A DNA stretch of 63,287 nucleotides, taken from NCBI RefSeq assembly GCF_000002075.1, contig NW_004797278.1:103453-166739 (forward strand), read 5' to 3'. A program made the translations under genes and the position numbers. The notes beneath the pieces were generated by a model. The model made no database searches. It was not told the DNA's origin and was given only the letters and a program-made list of their open reading frames with translations. This document shows positions 24,301 through 36,128 of this stretch, piece by piece. Source of the DNA: Aplysia californica (taxonomy: Eukaryota). Position 1 is the stretch's first letter; each line of letters opens with the position of its first letter.

Positions 24301-27300
24301 TTAAACAACTAAATGAAGAACCAAACCAAATTAGCAAGGAGAAATACGGCGATTTGATGTCTCTGTGCTCTGGGAACACACCCGTCATCCGGAATGCCGA
24401 GCACAAAGCTTTCTTCTGTCAACTACCACACAGCGAATGAGATGTCTCACAAAATTCAAGCTGAGAAATACAAACATGTTTGATCAAGGAGAGCCTACCA
24501 AAACATGGTGGCATCCATCACTAATTTGTTTTTGTTTTTTAAATAATAGATTTGGAATTGGAACGAAAGGAAACTGCTTGTCTTTCTAAAACGNNNNNNN
24601 NNNNNNNNNNNNNNNNNNNNNNNNNNNNNNNNNNNNNNNNNNNNNNNNNNNNNNNNNNNNNNNNNNNNNNNNNNNNNNNNNNNNNNNNNNNNNNNNNNNN
24701 NNNNNNNNNNNNNNNNNNNNNNNNNNNNNNNNNNNNNNNNNNNNNNNNNNNNNGGAAGGAAAAGAGAAAGGGGAAGATTTGGCGGGTGGATGGGGGAGTG
24801 AGGAGGAATTTTATCATCTACTGGTCAGTCTGAAGACTGAAATTACTTGTGTGAACACTCAAACACAGGGCGTATACATGGGCGTATACACTGATTTAGG
24901 ACAGGACGAAACGTCGAACAATCACACGAAAGGGCGTATGCTCACAGATGGCACATTTTCGCAGTGAAATTTTTTTTTAAAGTGCAAAACTAATCTTGCT
25001 GATTGTTTGATATCTTATCATGCACACAATATCCAAATATTGCGATGGTAGGATGCAAATTCCTATAATGACAAGGGAAAAGGATAAAGCAACCTAAGTC
25101 TGAAAATCTTTAAATCGTTCTCCTGAAAAAGTAAGAAAACAGGGATACGCCCTTTGGTGTGATAGACGACGAATTGTTTCTATTCCAGTAGATGTTAAGA
25201 AAGTTTGTATAAAATTATGTTCCTACACAGGTTCACTAGGAATCGCATTGGGGCACCTCAGCAAGATTTTAAACGGCCCTATCATTCAAGGGACTCTCCT
25301 CCACCGCGACACCGGAACTCACGGTTTCAGCGAAACAAAGCAACTGTCAGAGAATCCAATTCTGGCGAGAGCGTTCAGTCTACTCCAAGCAGCCATACTG
25401 TGTTCTCTGATGAGTCTGAGTCGGATGGGTAATGAGACACTGAGATCCTGTTTATTGATTTTCCTTTTGTTTACTACCATTTTTGTTTTATTTAATGTTA
25501 ACTTTTCGCTTTTTCCTTTATTGCCTACTATGGTTGCAGTACAATACAACTTGAAAGAAATTGCAATTTCAAGTTAATGATTTAGCAGCATGTATGTTGT
25601 AAACACTCTACAATCACACCGTTAAAGCTGCCTAAAGCTGGCTTAAAGTTCAACCATATTTAATATAATTTTTTCTTTATGAATTAGATGCCTGAGAACC
25701 AGTTCTTTGCTTAGCCATAGAAATAATATTGTGGCATCAAAGAGGCCTCTTCAAGGCCAGGAAATGTACCCTGTAATGTTAGTGTACTTTGGGTAGAAAG
25801 TGGTGGGCATGGCAGAGTGGAAGAGGACATGACTCTCTCTACTTCCTCTACTTTTTGTTTCTCACGGCACTGCCCACTTTCAAGCCGGTGGACCCTTGAT
25901 AGACATGATCAGAAACGTTGTGATGCTGTAACTGCTACACTCGCAGATTTTTATTTGTGGGGAATGAAATGGAGGGGGAGACATGGACAACTGTTAGCAA
26001 AATTTTCATGTGACACTGTAGTGTCACTGTATTTACATCGGTTGCTCAGTGTAGGACTCCCATCATACTTCACTTTTCAAAATGGCATATGGCGGAGTTC
26101 TACATAATACGATCAATTTGTAAACAGACTGTATAGGAACACATGAGATCATTGTGAAATAGGTAAGTTTATTGTTAAGTGATTTTCAGTTGGGATGGAC
26201 GTCTGTTCTACTCACAGGGTCAGACAGCTAATCAGGATCGCCGAAATTTATGTCAGTTTACAATAAATAGAGGAGTTACATTAAGAGAAAGCTGACAAGT
26301 AAGAGTGTAGTGGTGCCTCATAAAATCTGCCTAAAAACCTGGTCCGCGCAGGAACCCTTTTTTAAAACTCTTAATGACTTGGTTTTTAAATGGAGCCCAT
26401 TAAACTTATATTCAGTGGGAGAAATTGTTACTGACAGCATGAAAATGATTGTTTTTTTTCTATTTCACAGTATTTTGTATTCGTAGACATTAAAATTTAT
26501 GAAAAAGTTATTTGTGTTATGCTGGATAATAATTTTTGTTGTTTTGTTTTTGTTTTTGCTATCAAAATAATTTTTGATGATTATTCACAGACTAATAGTA
26601 TCTTGTTCTGTTATCATGTTCATTGATGTACCGTGACACCCAATTCTTAGTGCCTAATTTTACATGAATTAAGTTTTATAGGAAGGGTGATGTACACCTT
26701 TTTTTACTCATCCTAAGTCCCAAGTTTGAAATCTTATATCAAAGTTTTATCATTGTTAGCAGTGGAAAAAAAAATTACAAAATAAAAGTGGGGGTGGGGT
26801 CAAATTTAACTGAATTTTAGATACATATCACTTGTCGGTTGAAACGTTGAATGTTTTTGCCTGTTTTATCCTTTGTCATAATTTCTTTTCTGTGATGACA
26901 TTTTTATTTTATTGACCACAACATTAACAGGGTGTCACTGTGCCATTAATAGTTGAGTGTTTGATTTTAACTACTGGTTCATGTTATTTTGTTTTATCCT
27001 TTTACTTAACAGTACGCCAGTCCTTTCCAGGATCTCACCAAAGCGTTTGAGGATGTCAGGGTAATTTTGTTTTCCTCATATGTAGAAGGTAGAGCTGAGT
27101 GAAAATTTTTTCAGGTTTGTTACTGCATTTCCTTAAGCAGGTCCCTCCATCAAGGCTTTTCTTGTAACCACTTTGTTTTTTTTTCAATGTCAGATGACAA
27201 TGTCAATGACTTGGGAAAAGTGGGGAGATTTGGGGGTGTTTGTCATTCCAAACGAAAAGCATGGTTTTTAGTTTTGGCACTGATGTGAATTTTTAAAATG

Positions 27301-30300
27301 TTTAGGGTTGATGATCAATTGAACCAAGTGTTGAAAATAACCCGTAGCCTAACCAGTTAAGGACTTAAGGTGGAGTTGATATAGTCCGTAATTTTCAACT
27401 AAGTCGCTTGTCTTGTCTACCATAGTGATTTAAGTGTCAACTGTGATCAAGATGTAACTTATGCTGATATTTGTATATTTTATCATGAGTTCCTAAATAT
27501 TGATTTGTAGCCTTGTTGTGAAGTGCTGATTTTTGTGTTTTTTTAATTTTCAAGCTCTCAGCGTTAGTATATATTTATATACAGGAGCTGAATCGTAAGA
27601 GTTTGTTTCATGCGGTAGTATAAAAGTCTCCTGTACACGTGACCTGCTTAGAAGGTTTGACACAAAAAAATTTGTACAATGCACTACCCAGTAAATGAAT
27701 GTATTTGAACATTTTAGACAGATCTTAATTTATGCAATTTTGCTTACCCTCATAATACTAAGTTATAGAATACTGAACTTGATAAGCAAGTGGTAAAACA
27801 AAAGTTTTTCTAAGTAAGCTATTTTGCTCTTATTTTTCAGCTCCAGGCGCCGTTTACAGTTGCCAGCAGAAGATGAAAGTGAGCAGGATGCAGATGAACG
27901 TGATTCTGAATCTGAAAATGCTTCCTCCTTGGTCAGAGAAGAGTAAGTGTGTTTGCGATGTATGCCCTTGTACTTGAAGCTTTATTTTTTTATACCTGTT
28001 GAAGATGATGCTTTTGTTAATACTAACCAGTCCATCAAAATTAAGGATAGAACTTGTGGATGACTACAGGTCTCCCACAACAAAATGAGTTCATTGAAAG
28101 GGCAGCTGTCGACAAATCTCCAGGGTACTTATTGAGTTGGAGACTTCGTTGAAAATGGTTGCGATCACTTTATGATGGCATTTGCCCTATAGAGTTCAAA
28201 TGTATTTTAAAAGATAAATGGTTCTTCATCAAAAGTTGTCATGGCAGGTTTTCAGGGATTTTTGTACTTTAGTCCTGGACAGCTGTTTTTTTTTTTTTAC
28301 TTGATAATATGCTGTGATACATTGTATTTGTACTATAATTATTTGTAATGATTTATTTTAATGATATATTCAGTGCTTCCACTCTTCCGTATTTTTACGG
28401 AAATCCGTACTTTCTGCCAGTTCCGTGCTTGTTCCTCCATCATGCTCTGCTCCCTCCGTAAATACCTGCGACAGCGTAGGACTGCCGAAATTCCGTAGCA
28501 AAAGATCCGTAGGCCTACCCGCCTTCGTACCGTCTTGCATTTATAGTTACGGATATTTACGGTAATTCTCTCGGCAATAAGTTAATGTTATAGAAACCTG
28601 CCAGATTGCGCATTTCCTGCAATCGGCCATTATTCCGCTGTGCCCCATGCATTTGTTGTGGTTTGGTCAGCAGTACATTTTTACCTGCAGATTGATCAAA
28701 ATCTGGAGAACTGTTTGTGCCAATTTCCTCCTTTCTATCATTCACTCCTTTCTTCTGTCTATCTTGGGATTGTTGCCGCGGCTGGAAAATCTGCGTGTTG
28801 ATCAAGTAAATTGTATTGTGATCTTAGACAGAAAATTACTGTCAGAAAGAACTTTTTTGCTAATTTGTGTAGATCTAGATGTAGAGAAATTGTCTATGCG
28901 AAGATTCAACGGCACGGGAACGCGATTAGGGCCGCGATATAAGAAATTTATGCTAAGACTACTAAAATCAAGAATAATTCGAAGTGGTGTTCTGAGGTTG
29001 TGACATGCGACATTTTTTGTATGAGTTTTTACGGCGCTCCTGCATAAGATCATATGAGCGCGCTCATGTGACATTTAGACGTGAAAATTAAGAAAAATTA
29101 GGGTATACGCTGGGCAACTGTATTGTGAAGGTACATGAATATCTATTCATTATTCCCAGGTTTGCCTTCTATCAATGGTGCAATGGTAAATTAATTGGAT
29201 TATTATAGTAGCAATGAAAGGGGAACCTGCTTTTAAACATTGCCAGCAATGGAAAGATAATATGTAGGTGAAGAAATCAAACAAGACAAAATGTTGGCGA
29301 CAAAATAAGTTATGGGTTGTAGGCAATCTTTTCAAAGAAGCTCCCAAGTGCCATTTTCGACCCTCTAAAAGCACTAAATTTCAAATTCTTCGTTGTCCCT
29401 GGACCCCCGCCAGAATTTTCCTTACTTTTCAGCTTCAGCTGGTGGAAGCACTGTATATTTTGGTTGACATCACTGTGCTGAATTGTCTCTGGTGTAATGG
29501 TTAAGCTCTTGGCTGTGCATACAAAAAATAATAAATGTATTTTATCAAGTCGCTACCCTAAAAATTACAAAATTCTATCTGCTGAGAACATAGTTTTGAG
29601 AAATTTGATGGAAAAAAATGTTGTTTCCAAAAAGTCAAACTTTTTCTCATTCATTGCTTTGATTTACCTTGATAATGACTCCGAATAATCTCACGATTTT
29701 GATAGAGCATTTGGATTTTGACTTCATGGTCTTAGGAACTCAAAACGGCTAAAAATGTCAGATAGAAATTTATAGTTCTGAGGTAACGAAGTATCTCTAT
29801 CTTTCTGATGCTATGCAGGGTCGGAGTAGCTCCCCTTCTAAATTATATTAATTGTGACTATGCTCAAAACATTATAGATTGTTTTTCAATCAATATATTA
29901 TGCCCACGTTACTATGGAGAGATCCTTCTATCATTAATCTAGTGAAGAAGCTGTGTCAGAAGAGAGGTCTCCTGGTTCTTCACACAGAATCGATTTATCG
30001 CCGATGTGAGACTGTCTTTTCTCATTGAATTCAAAAATTGTCCACTTTCTGTTTCAGTTGTTTTATGAAAGTTATTTAAAGGCCTCATCAGCATAGATAT
30101 TTATGTTAGATTTTGTACTTTTTGGCTGATATGTCTAATCATATCTATGTATTCTGTATTTTGATTTTAAAGTTGGTTACCTGCTGGGATTTATTTTTGA
30201 TATTTGAAAATATTGAATCTTTTCCAGAAGTTGTTTCATGATTTCAGTGTGAACGCAGTGCTCTGGGTTCCATTTTCTGTCTTGCAAATTGAGTTCTGAA

Positions 30301-33300
30301 ATGAAAAAGTGAGCACATAGATGTTTACTGAATATGAGTTTCTCATTTCTTCTCATGACCTGTGAACATGTGTGTGGGGGCTCTCGTGGCCTAGAGGTTA
30401 AGGTGTTGGCCTCTTATTCAAAGGTCCCAGGTTCGAATCCGTGTAGCGACCGAAACATTTTCTTCTCTAAAATTGTCTCCTTTCACCTCCTTTCCTGCTC
30501 TCTAGCAATGTTCTGTTGTCTGCTTTTATCTCCATTTCCTCCCCTCACCTCCGTTGCCCCCTCCTCTGGGCTCCTGACTCTTTCTGCAGCCTTTCTACTG
30601 CTACTCCTTGGCTCCTTACTGCTGTCTTTCCGCCACACCCCTGATCTTCTAGTAAGAAAGGTCTACCCCTAGCCTTCTCAGACGAGGGCAAAAAATTTTG
30701 GATGTCCCTTGTGCAAGTTGCGCACGTTAAGATCACTTGGTGGTCTGAAATCTATATGAGTAGGCTGCGGCCGCGTAAAAAATTTTTTTCTACCTACTGA
30801 AAATGTTTAATGTGTCCCGTGCGTTCATATGACCTAATGCAGTTGCGAGTGCCGTAAAAACACTTACCATAAGAAAAAGAAAAAAACGTGTGTGCTCACT
30901 TTTTTATTTCAGCGTGGTTAAATCCTGAGCACAGGCTCAAAGTGTTATTTATTGATGCCCAAACAATTTTTTATCATCCTCACCCCTCCTTTCCCCTCAA
31001 TATATGTATTAATTTATATCTTTAGATCCTTGTTACATTTGAATTGCTCATATAAAAATACAAAAGCATAAAAGGAAATACTGTTAGAAATCACGATTAA
31101 TGAGGTTTGAGTTCTTATCGAATTTTTGTTTGTTTCTATCACTTTTAGATATTTTCAGCACAAATCATTTGTAGTTTAAAAGCCATGACTTCTACTATGA
31201 GAAAAAGCCAAACTAGAACTTGTTGGTGGTTGGCGGGTGCTCTGGTATGGTTTGCTTCTTCTTTCCTATCAAACATCTATCGTCCTTATCTCCCTTTTTT
31301 CTTTTTTATGTTTGTTACTATCTTGTAACACCTCTAATCTTCTGACGCTCATATGACCTTATGCAGTTGCGAATGCGTAAAACCTCTACTAAAACTTTTT
31401 TTAAAATAAGAAAAGAACTTTCGTTTCGTATGCTTTTATAAGTGTGGGTTCAAAATTACAACTCCCCTAAAATCAGGGTCGTATTTTGGTAAAAGAAACA
31501 AAACTGACAACTGGCATGTTTTTTTTTGTCTTTTGTTTGTAATACACATTGTCACTAGTAATATCTGTTTCGAAAATCCTACAAGTTGTGTCCATTAAAA
31601 GTAAAGGTATATCAATGGTGTTATTCCCTAACATCTGATTTCTTTGAATTTTTCTGCAGGCAAAAAAATCCTCAAAATTTTTAGATTCAGATGAGAGAAA
31701 ACATAGCTTAGCTCATCTTGCTTTTTTACCATTTTATTTGCATACTGACTCCTGGTTTTTATTGGGGACCATCAAATCAAGCCTGAAAGTGGGCCAACAA
31801 TTCTGAAGTTGAAAAATAGAAAAGGTAGTAGAGATACATGTACAGTATAACACAGATAGGTTGAACACAGAAGACTGGAGATGTCGCCTCCGTTGAACTG
31901 TGCCTGCGTTCTTGTTTTTTCTTTTTCTTTATCTTTGTAAGATATTGATATCTTATCTCTCGAACTTAGGCCGGTCCCAACGAATTCAAGCTATCCGTGT
32001 TATCTCCTGTATATTTATTATTTCTGGTCCATAATTCATGTTGAACCTTACTCTATATTTTTCATTTAGATGTATTGAAACTAGATTTTGACAATTGTAC
32101 ATAGTGTTGCTGAAGTCTAGCATGACAGGTGGACAGTCCTTTATTTTAGTCTTTTTCACTCTTTTTCAGAGATGAAGCTCGACTTGCAAGAAAAGAAAAA
32201 GATGTCCAGTATGGAAAAAACACAGATGCATACAAGTTGTACACAGAAGTTGTGCCCAAGTATGTGTAATGGGATATTTTTTTTCAGCCCAGCTTACTTT
32301 TTCTTTTTTTAAAATCTTAATTAAAAAAGAAAAATTAAAGATGATGAAGCTAGCTGAAAGAGCGTAATAAAACATCACCAGACTTATGTTCCAATTTTTG
32401 GGTTTGTAAAGTTTTTGCGAAGTTCTTCATGTGAGGTTTTTTTTTCATCCTCTACCTCTCAGAATATGCCTTTTATTGTCACGTGCCTCTGAAATGTTTT
32501 AGTGTTGTTTCGTCTCTTAAAGGGTTTTAAAACTTAACTTTTCACTCAGTTTGAATATTTTTTATATATTAATCTTTTCAAAAAAGTGTCTTGAGATATA
32601 GTGAAGTCCGCTTAAGGGGAGGAGCGGGGGACAGAACCGACTGTAAATCTCTATTTTTTATATTTGCTGCTTCTCCGTAACCATTTAAATTTGGTAAAAG
32701 GCTCAAATTCCACCAGCTAACTGAAAACGCGGCTAAACCAAAAGAAATCAGGCAGCCCAGCAGATTTCAGTATAAGCTGACACTGCATTTTATTAGGGTC
32801 TTTTTCTACTTTTTATAGACACACTTCTTTACTAGCATGTAAATACTGAGACAGTTTGTCCGATTGTTGTCAAGGCTAGTAAGTTGTTTTTACAGTGCAA
32901 CGCTTTGCTTGCTTTGACTTCATCAGGTATAAGATTAGGTCTATATATGACTTTGTATTGCTTGCTTTCTGAGTACCAATGTTGTGGGCAGTAACACTGT
33001 CCTCAAGCCTAACTTATAGAAGAGGCAGTTGCCTCCCCTTTATGTGTCAGCTCTTTGCATGTTTATTTGCCAAAATATCTTAAAAAGGAGACATTTTTGA
33101 GATAACCAACTTTTCATGTGCTGCTGAAATAATTTTGAGTAAATTTTGCTGATTAAAGAGGTTAACTGAGATATTCTGATGGACTCTTTAAACCTTCAAT
33201 CCCATTTGGTTGCCCCACAAGGTCAAATTTAGGTCTCAGGCCCACAAAATGATGTAATCCAGTGTATCAAATTTCTTACCTTACTTAAGCACAACATTAA

Positions 33301-36128
33301 GAATTGTTGTGCCTATTACTATTGGTAAACATGTACAGTCGAGTCCATTTACACCGAACAGGGTCAGTTTGAAAACAGTGGTAGACCATAGGGAAATAAA
33401 ATATTTGAGAAACATAACCAAAAGAAAATCTTATCATCCTGCATAATAAAGTTTTAATAGGTAGACATAACAGGAAGAAATTATAACCAAGGAAAATCCT
33501 GTTCTATTTTCAGAAATTAAGACCTTTCACAACTGCAATTTTCCTTCTACAAATATGTAATTAGGAGCACCAAACACTTACTATATGTAAGATAAGCGCA
33601 AAAAATCTCTGAGGTGCTGTGTGCAAATTGCGCACATTAAAGATATCTTGGTGGTCCTAAAATCAATAAGAGTAGGCTTTGGTCGCCACTCAGGCAAAAT
33701 TCAGAATTCCTACCAGCTTAAAATGTTTAATGTGCCCAGAGCACTCATATGACCTTATGTAGTTGCGAGCACAGTAAAACACTTACCGAAACAATAAACA
33801 CCTTCTAAAAAGCTTGTGAACTTTTAAATAGACTGAAAAGACCAATTTTGAGAAATCATAATTATAACACATGCACCTAAAAGTTGTAACTTTTCAAGAA
33901 AATTGAAGGAAAAAACCTTGCTTGTCTGGGTTGTATTACTTGGTGCAAATGGTGGTACTGAATATATCGCCAATAGGTAGTTTAGCGTCAGCGTTCATAC
34001 AAATGGCGATCATTACCCTGTTCAGATCTATTTTAGCCAATTTTCTACTCACAATGCAGGTTTGGGACACCGTTCAATGTGTTCCGGACATATTTTCGGC
34101 TTTAAAATTTATAAAACAAATAGAGAAATTTACTTGAAAAGTTGCCCATGTGTCCGGTCTAGTACTGGCCTCGGTGGTGAGCTAGGTATATAGAGACGCA
34201 AAGCCTGTTCAGTAGCATATATATATATAAATTATTTTTCTTCCTTGTTCCCAGAGCATCTCGCTCCAGGAATAAAAAGTATCATCCCCGAACCCCGGAG
34301 AAACGGATAAAATGCAGTCGCCGGTCCTGGGATTCGCAAATCAAGATCTGGAAGCGTCGTCTTCACACATGGGCAGAGGCACACAGGACCTCTCACAAGT
34401 AAGTGTGGCGCCTTGGCTGATAGGGTAGCACTGGGAGAATATTCTACAGAACTTAATACCAGCACATTTTGCTGGAAAAAAATGGTGTTTGCTTCCTTTG
34501 TAAGTGAGTTGTGTCATTCTTTTAAAATTTATTGCCTTGCCCTTTATTGGGTCATCGACGGTTCATTGATGTTTTAAGATGCTCCTTCTTTCCTATCAAA
34601 CATCTATCGTCCTTATCTCTCCTTTTTTGTGTACGTTACTCTCTTGTAACATATCTATTCTTCTGCACTTTTATGACCTTATTGTGCCGTAAAACTTTTA
34701 CTAAAACTAAACTTTCCTCTTTTACTAGTTTTTTTGGTTCAAAAATTCATTAAGGCATTGTATGAATGAACGGTGTCCGGGGTTTTCCTCACTCTTTAAA
34801 TTTTTTTTTTAAAAGGCAAAGAGGGGAAAAACCTGGTTGTTGCCACTGGGAAACTGTTTTAGACACAGTGTCACTTTTCCCACAGATGATGTGTTTAGTT
34901 TCGTCGTGGTGATTTCTTCTGCGATTTGACATAAAATCAAGGCGGAATGGAATTGTCCCTTTTCAGACCTGAAGAATCAAAAACGAGAAAATTCTAAGCC
35001 TGTGTGATTGTGCTGTAAAAGTTCAGTGTGTATCGTTTTGTTCTCTTTGTTTTCTTTTCATCTCTCATGCTCTATGGAGATAAGGAGGATGGAGTTGTTT
35101 TAGGATTCAAGACTGAATAGTTACTGAGTGTTCAAACTGATTTGTCCTTTGTCTGATGGAACACTGTTCTCTCAATTCATTAATGATATTCCTGTTTATA
35201 CATTATTAAATGAGCTGAGNNNNNNNNNNNNNNNNNNNNNNNNNNNNNNNNNNNNNNNNNNNNNNNNNNNNNNNNNNNNNNNNNNNNNNNNNNNNNNNNN
35301 NNNNNNNNNNNNNNNNNNNNNNNNNNNNNNNNNNNNNNNNNNNNNNNNNNNNNNNNNNNNNNNNNNNNNNNNNNNNTTTCATTCTGCTAATATAACATTT
35401 TTTCCAGACTTAGTAGCTTGTAAATATGATAGAGACAACTGTATAATTTCTTTCTTCTTACTGTTGTCATAAAACTCATCTGATTTCAAAGGTGCTTTCA
35501 CTGCAAATCCAAGGAAAGTATAGTTTGCCCACGGTTGTTATATTCTAGGTTTTTGTACTAAGAATATTTGTCTTGTACACAGAAAGTGCTTGCAGGAGAG
35601 TAATTGAAAAGGCTCCTCCGTCATGGATTGATAAGAGGAAATGGCATACTTGGGGGGGGGGAAGACACGACATTATAGAGGGAGCAGACTTCTGTTGGTT
35701 TTTTCCAATTATATGTTTTCCTTTTCTCGACCCTATGGGGCCATCTACTTGTTGTGGTTTATACCTTTATTTATCCAACAGTATTTGAATTTGACAATTT
35801 AATTTCGGTTATTGGTACTCATTGCTGATGCTGTTGACTTTCTACAAAAATTTTATCTTTAATCCTTTGCTGCTTTTTTTACAGTGCCGTTGAGGAGGAG
35901 GGTTCCTCTCACAGCTTGGCTTCCAGTGCTGGGGATGACCGGGTACCGCAAGCGCAAAAAGCTACTGAAGCAGCCGACGATGATCTAGTACCACAAGCCC
36001 GAGAACCTATTGAAGCAGCCGAGGATGATTATTTGGATTTGGATGAAGACGATTTTCTGGACAGTGCCAATCTTAATCTTGACGTAACTGAAATTGAAGA
36101 GAAGATCAAAATTAATGACCAAGCTTGA
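15323..36128 (+). CDS. SLBP: Histone RNA hairpin (stem-loop)-binding protein, SLBP family, about 455 aa, 11 exons
   Basis: Exons 15323-15402, 18702-18821, 19299-19403, 21758-21931, 25231-25428, 27013-27060, 27841-27942, 29943-30005, 32170-32259, 34255-34398 and 35885-36128. All junctions are GT-AG and give one open frame of 1368 nt. Exons 9-10 encode [69 protein letters not shown], the SLBP RNA-binding domain (YGKNT, HPxTP, SRRSWDxQIKxW, LHxW). Confidence 0.9.
15497..15582 (+). repeat. Degenerate (CCCTAA/CCCTAC/CCTTAC)n hexamer tract
   Basis: cctaactctaaccttaaactttaaccctaaccctacccttacccctaaccctacc... Confidence 0.8.
16105..16378. mobile_element. MITE-like element with about 34-bp terminal inverted repeats
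   Basis: tagatatctaggcgctttttcggtagttcccacccc ... ggggtgggaactaccgaaaaagcaccgatatcta. Confidence 0.6.
17573..18522. mobile_element. pogo/Tigger-like non-autonomous element
   Basis: Termini cagtagtct...taagctccc and gggatcttaagcggagacagactactg|TA. The left TA is mutated to CA. Confidence 0.5.
18931..19098 (+). mobile_element. RTE-clade LINE 3' fragment
   Basis: Translates as [46 protein letters not shown], a typical RTE ORF C-terminus, followed by a short repeat tail. Confidence 0.75.
19445..19724. mobile_element. hAT-like MITE with 6-bp TSD
   Basis: TIRs cagggttcgtac / gtatgaaccctg (11/12), flanking direct repeat AGGTGG, and internal gtcttggaaaa repeats. Confidence 0.7.
20639..21472. mobile_element. 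Non-autonomous TTAA-target DNA transposon (Kolobok-like)
   Basis: TTAA|ggcaagcactaata ... tattagtgcttgcc|TTAA. Perfect 14-bp TIR with RR..YY ends. Confidence 0.65.
22181..25171 (+). mobile_element. Sola1 DNA transposon, defective copy, in SLBP intron 4
   Basis: About 30-bp TIRs (cgtcgcctgtcacacgaaagggcgtattcc and reverse-complemented cgtcgtctatcacaccaaagggcgtatccc, 26/30 identical). AATT TSD at 22177-22180 and 25172-25175 fits the AWWT target of Sola1. Transposase DDD motifs [21 protein letters not shown] and [11 protein letters not shown] are present. Confidence 0.85.
22968..24440 (+). pseudogene. Sola1 transposase, disrupted
   Basis: ATG at 22968 has a TGA at codon 5. The N-terminal frame ([12 protein letters not shown]...) switches frame near 23430, with an apparent internal deletion, into LCNSFRKG... 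and the DDD core. A second frameshift in the A-run near 24221 precedes the C-terminus [13 protein letters not shown]...[12 protein letters not shown]. Confidence 0.8.
28371..29453. mobile_element. hAT-like non-autonomous element with 6-bp TSD
   Basis: Perfect 12-bp TIRs cagtgcttccac / gtggaagcactg, flanking direct repeat TATATT, and many subterminal TCCGTA/TACGGA motifs. A SINE tail is inserted at about 29015-29070. Confidence 0.7.
30376..30870 (+). mobile_element. tRNA-derived SINE, family B
   Basis: A box TGGCCTAGAGG, B box GGTTCGAATCC (30430), central gcgcacgttaagatc core, and tail atgacc..atgcagttgcgagtgccgtaaaa followed by an A-rich end. Confidence 0.75.
32170..32259 (+). CDS. SLBP: SLBP exon 9, RNA-binding domain first half
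   Basis: tttttcAG acceptor, encodes [29 protein letters not shown], GTatgt donor. Confidence 0.92.
34255..34398 (+). CDS. SLBP: SLBP exon 10, RNA-binding domain second half
   Basis: ttcccAG acceptor, encodes [30 protein letters not shown], GTaagt donor. Confidence 0.92.

Noticed and set aside
30376-30450. Possible tRNA gene (A and B boxes); likewise 2940-3009
   Set aside because: There is no clean cloverleaf or terminator, and both continue into repeated SINE bodies.
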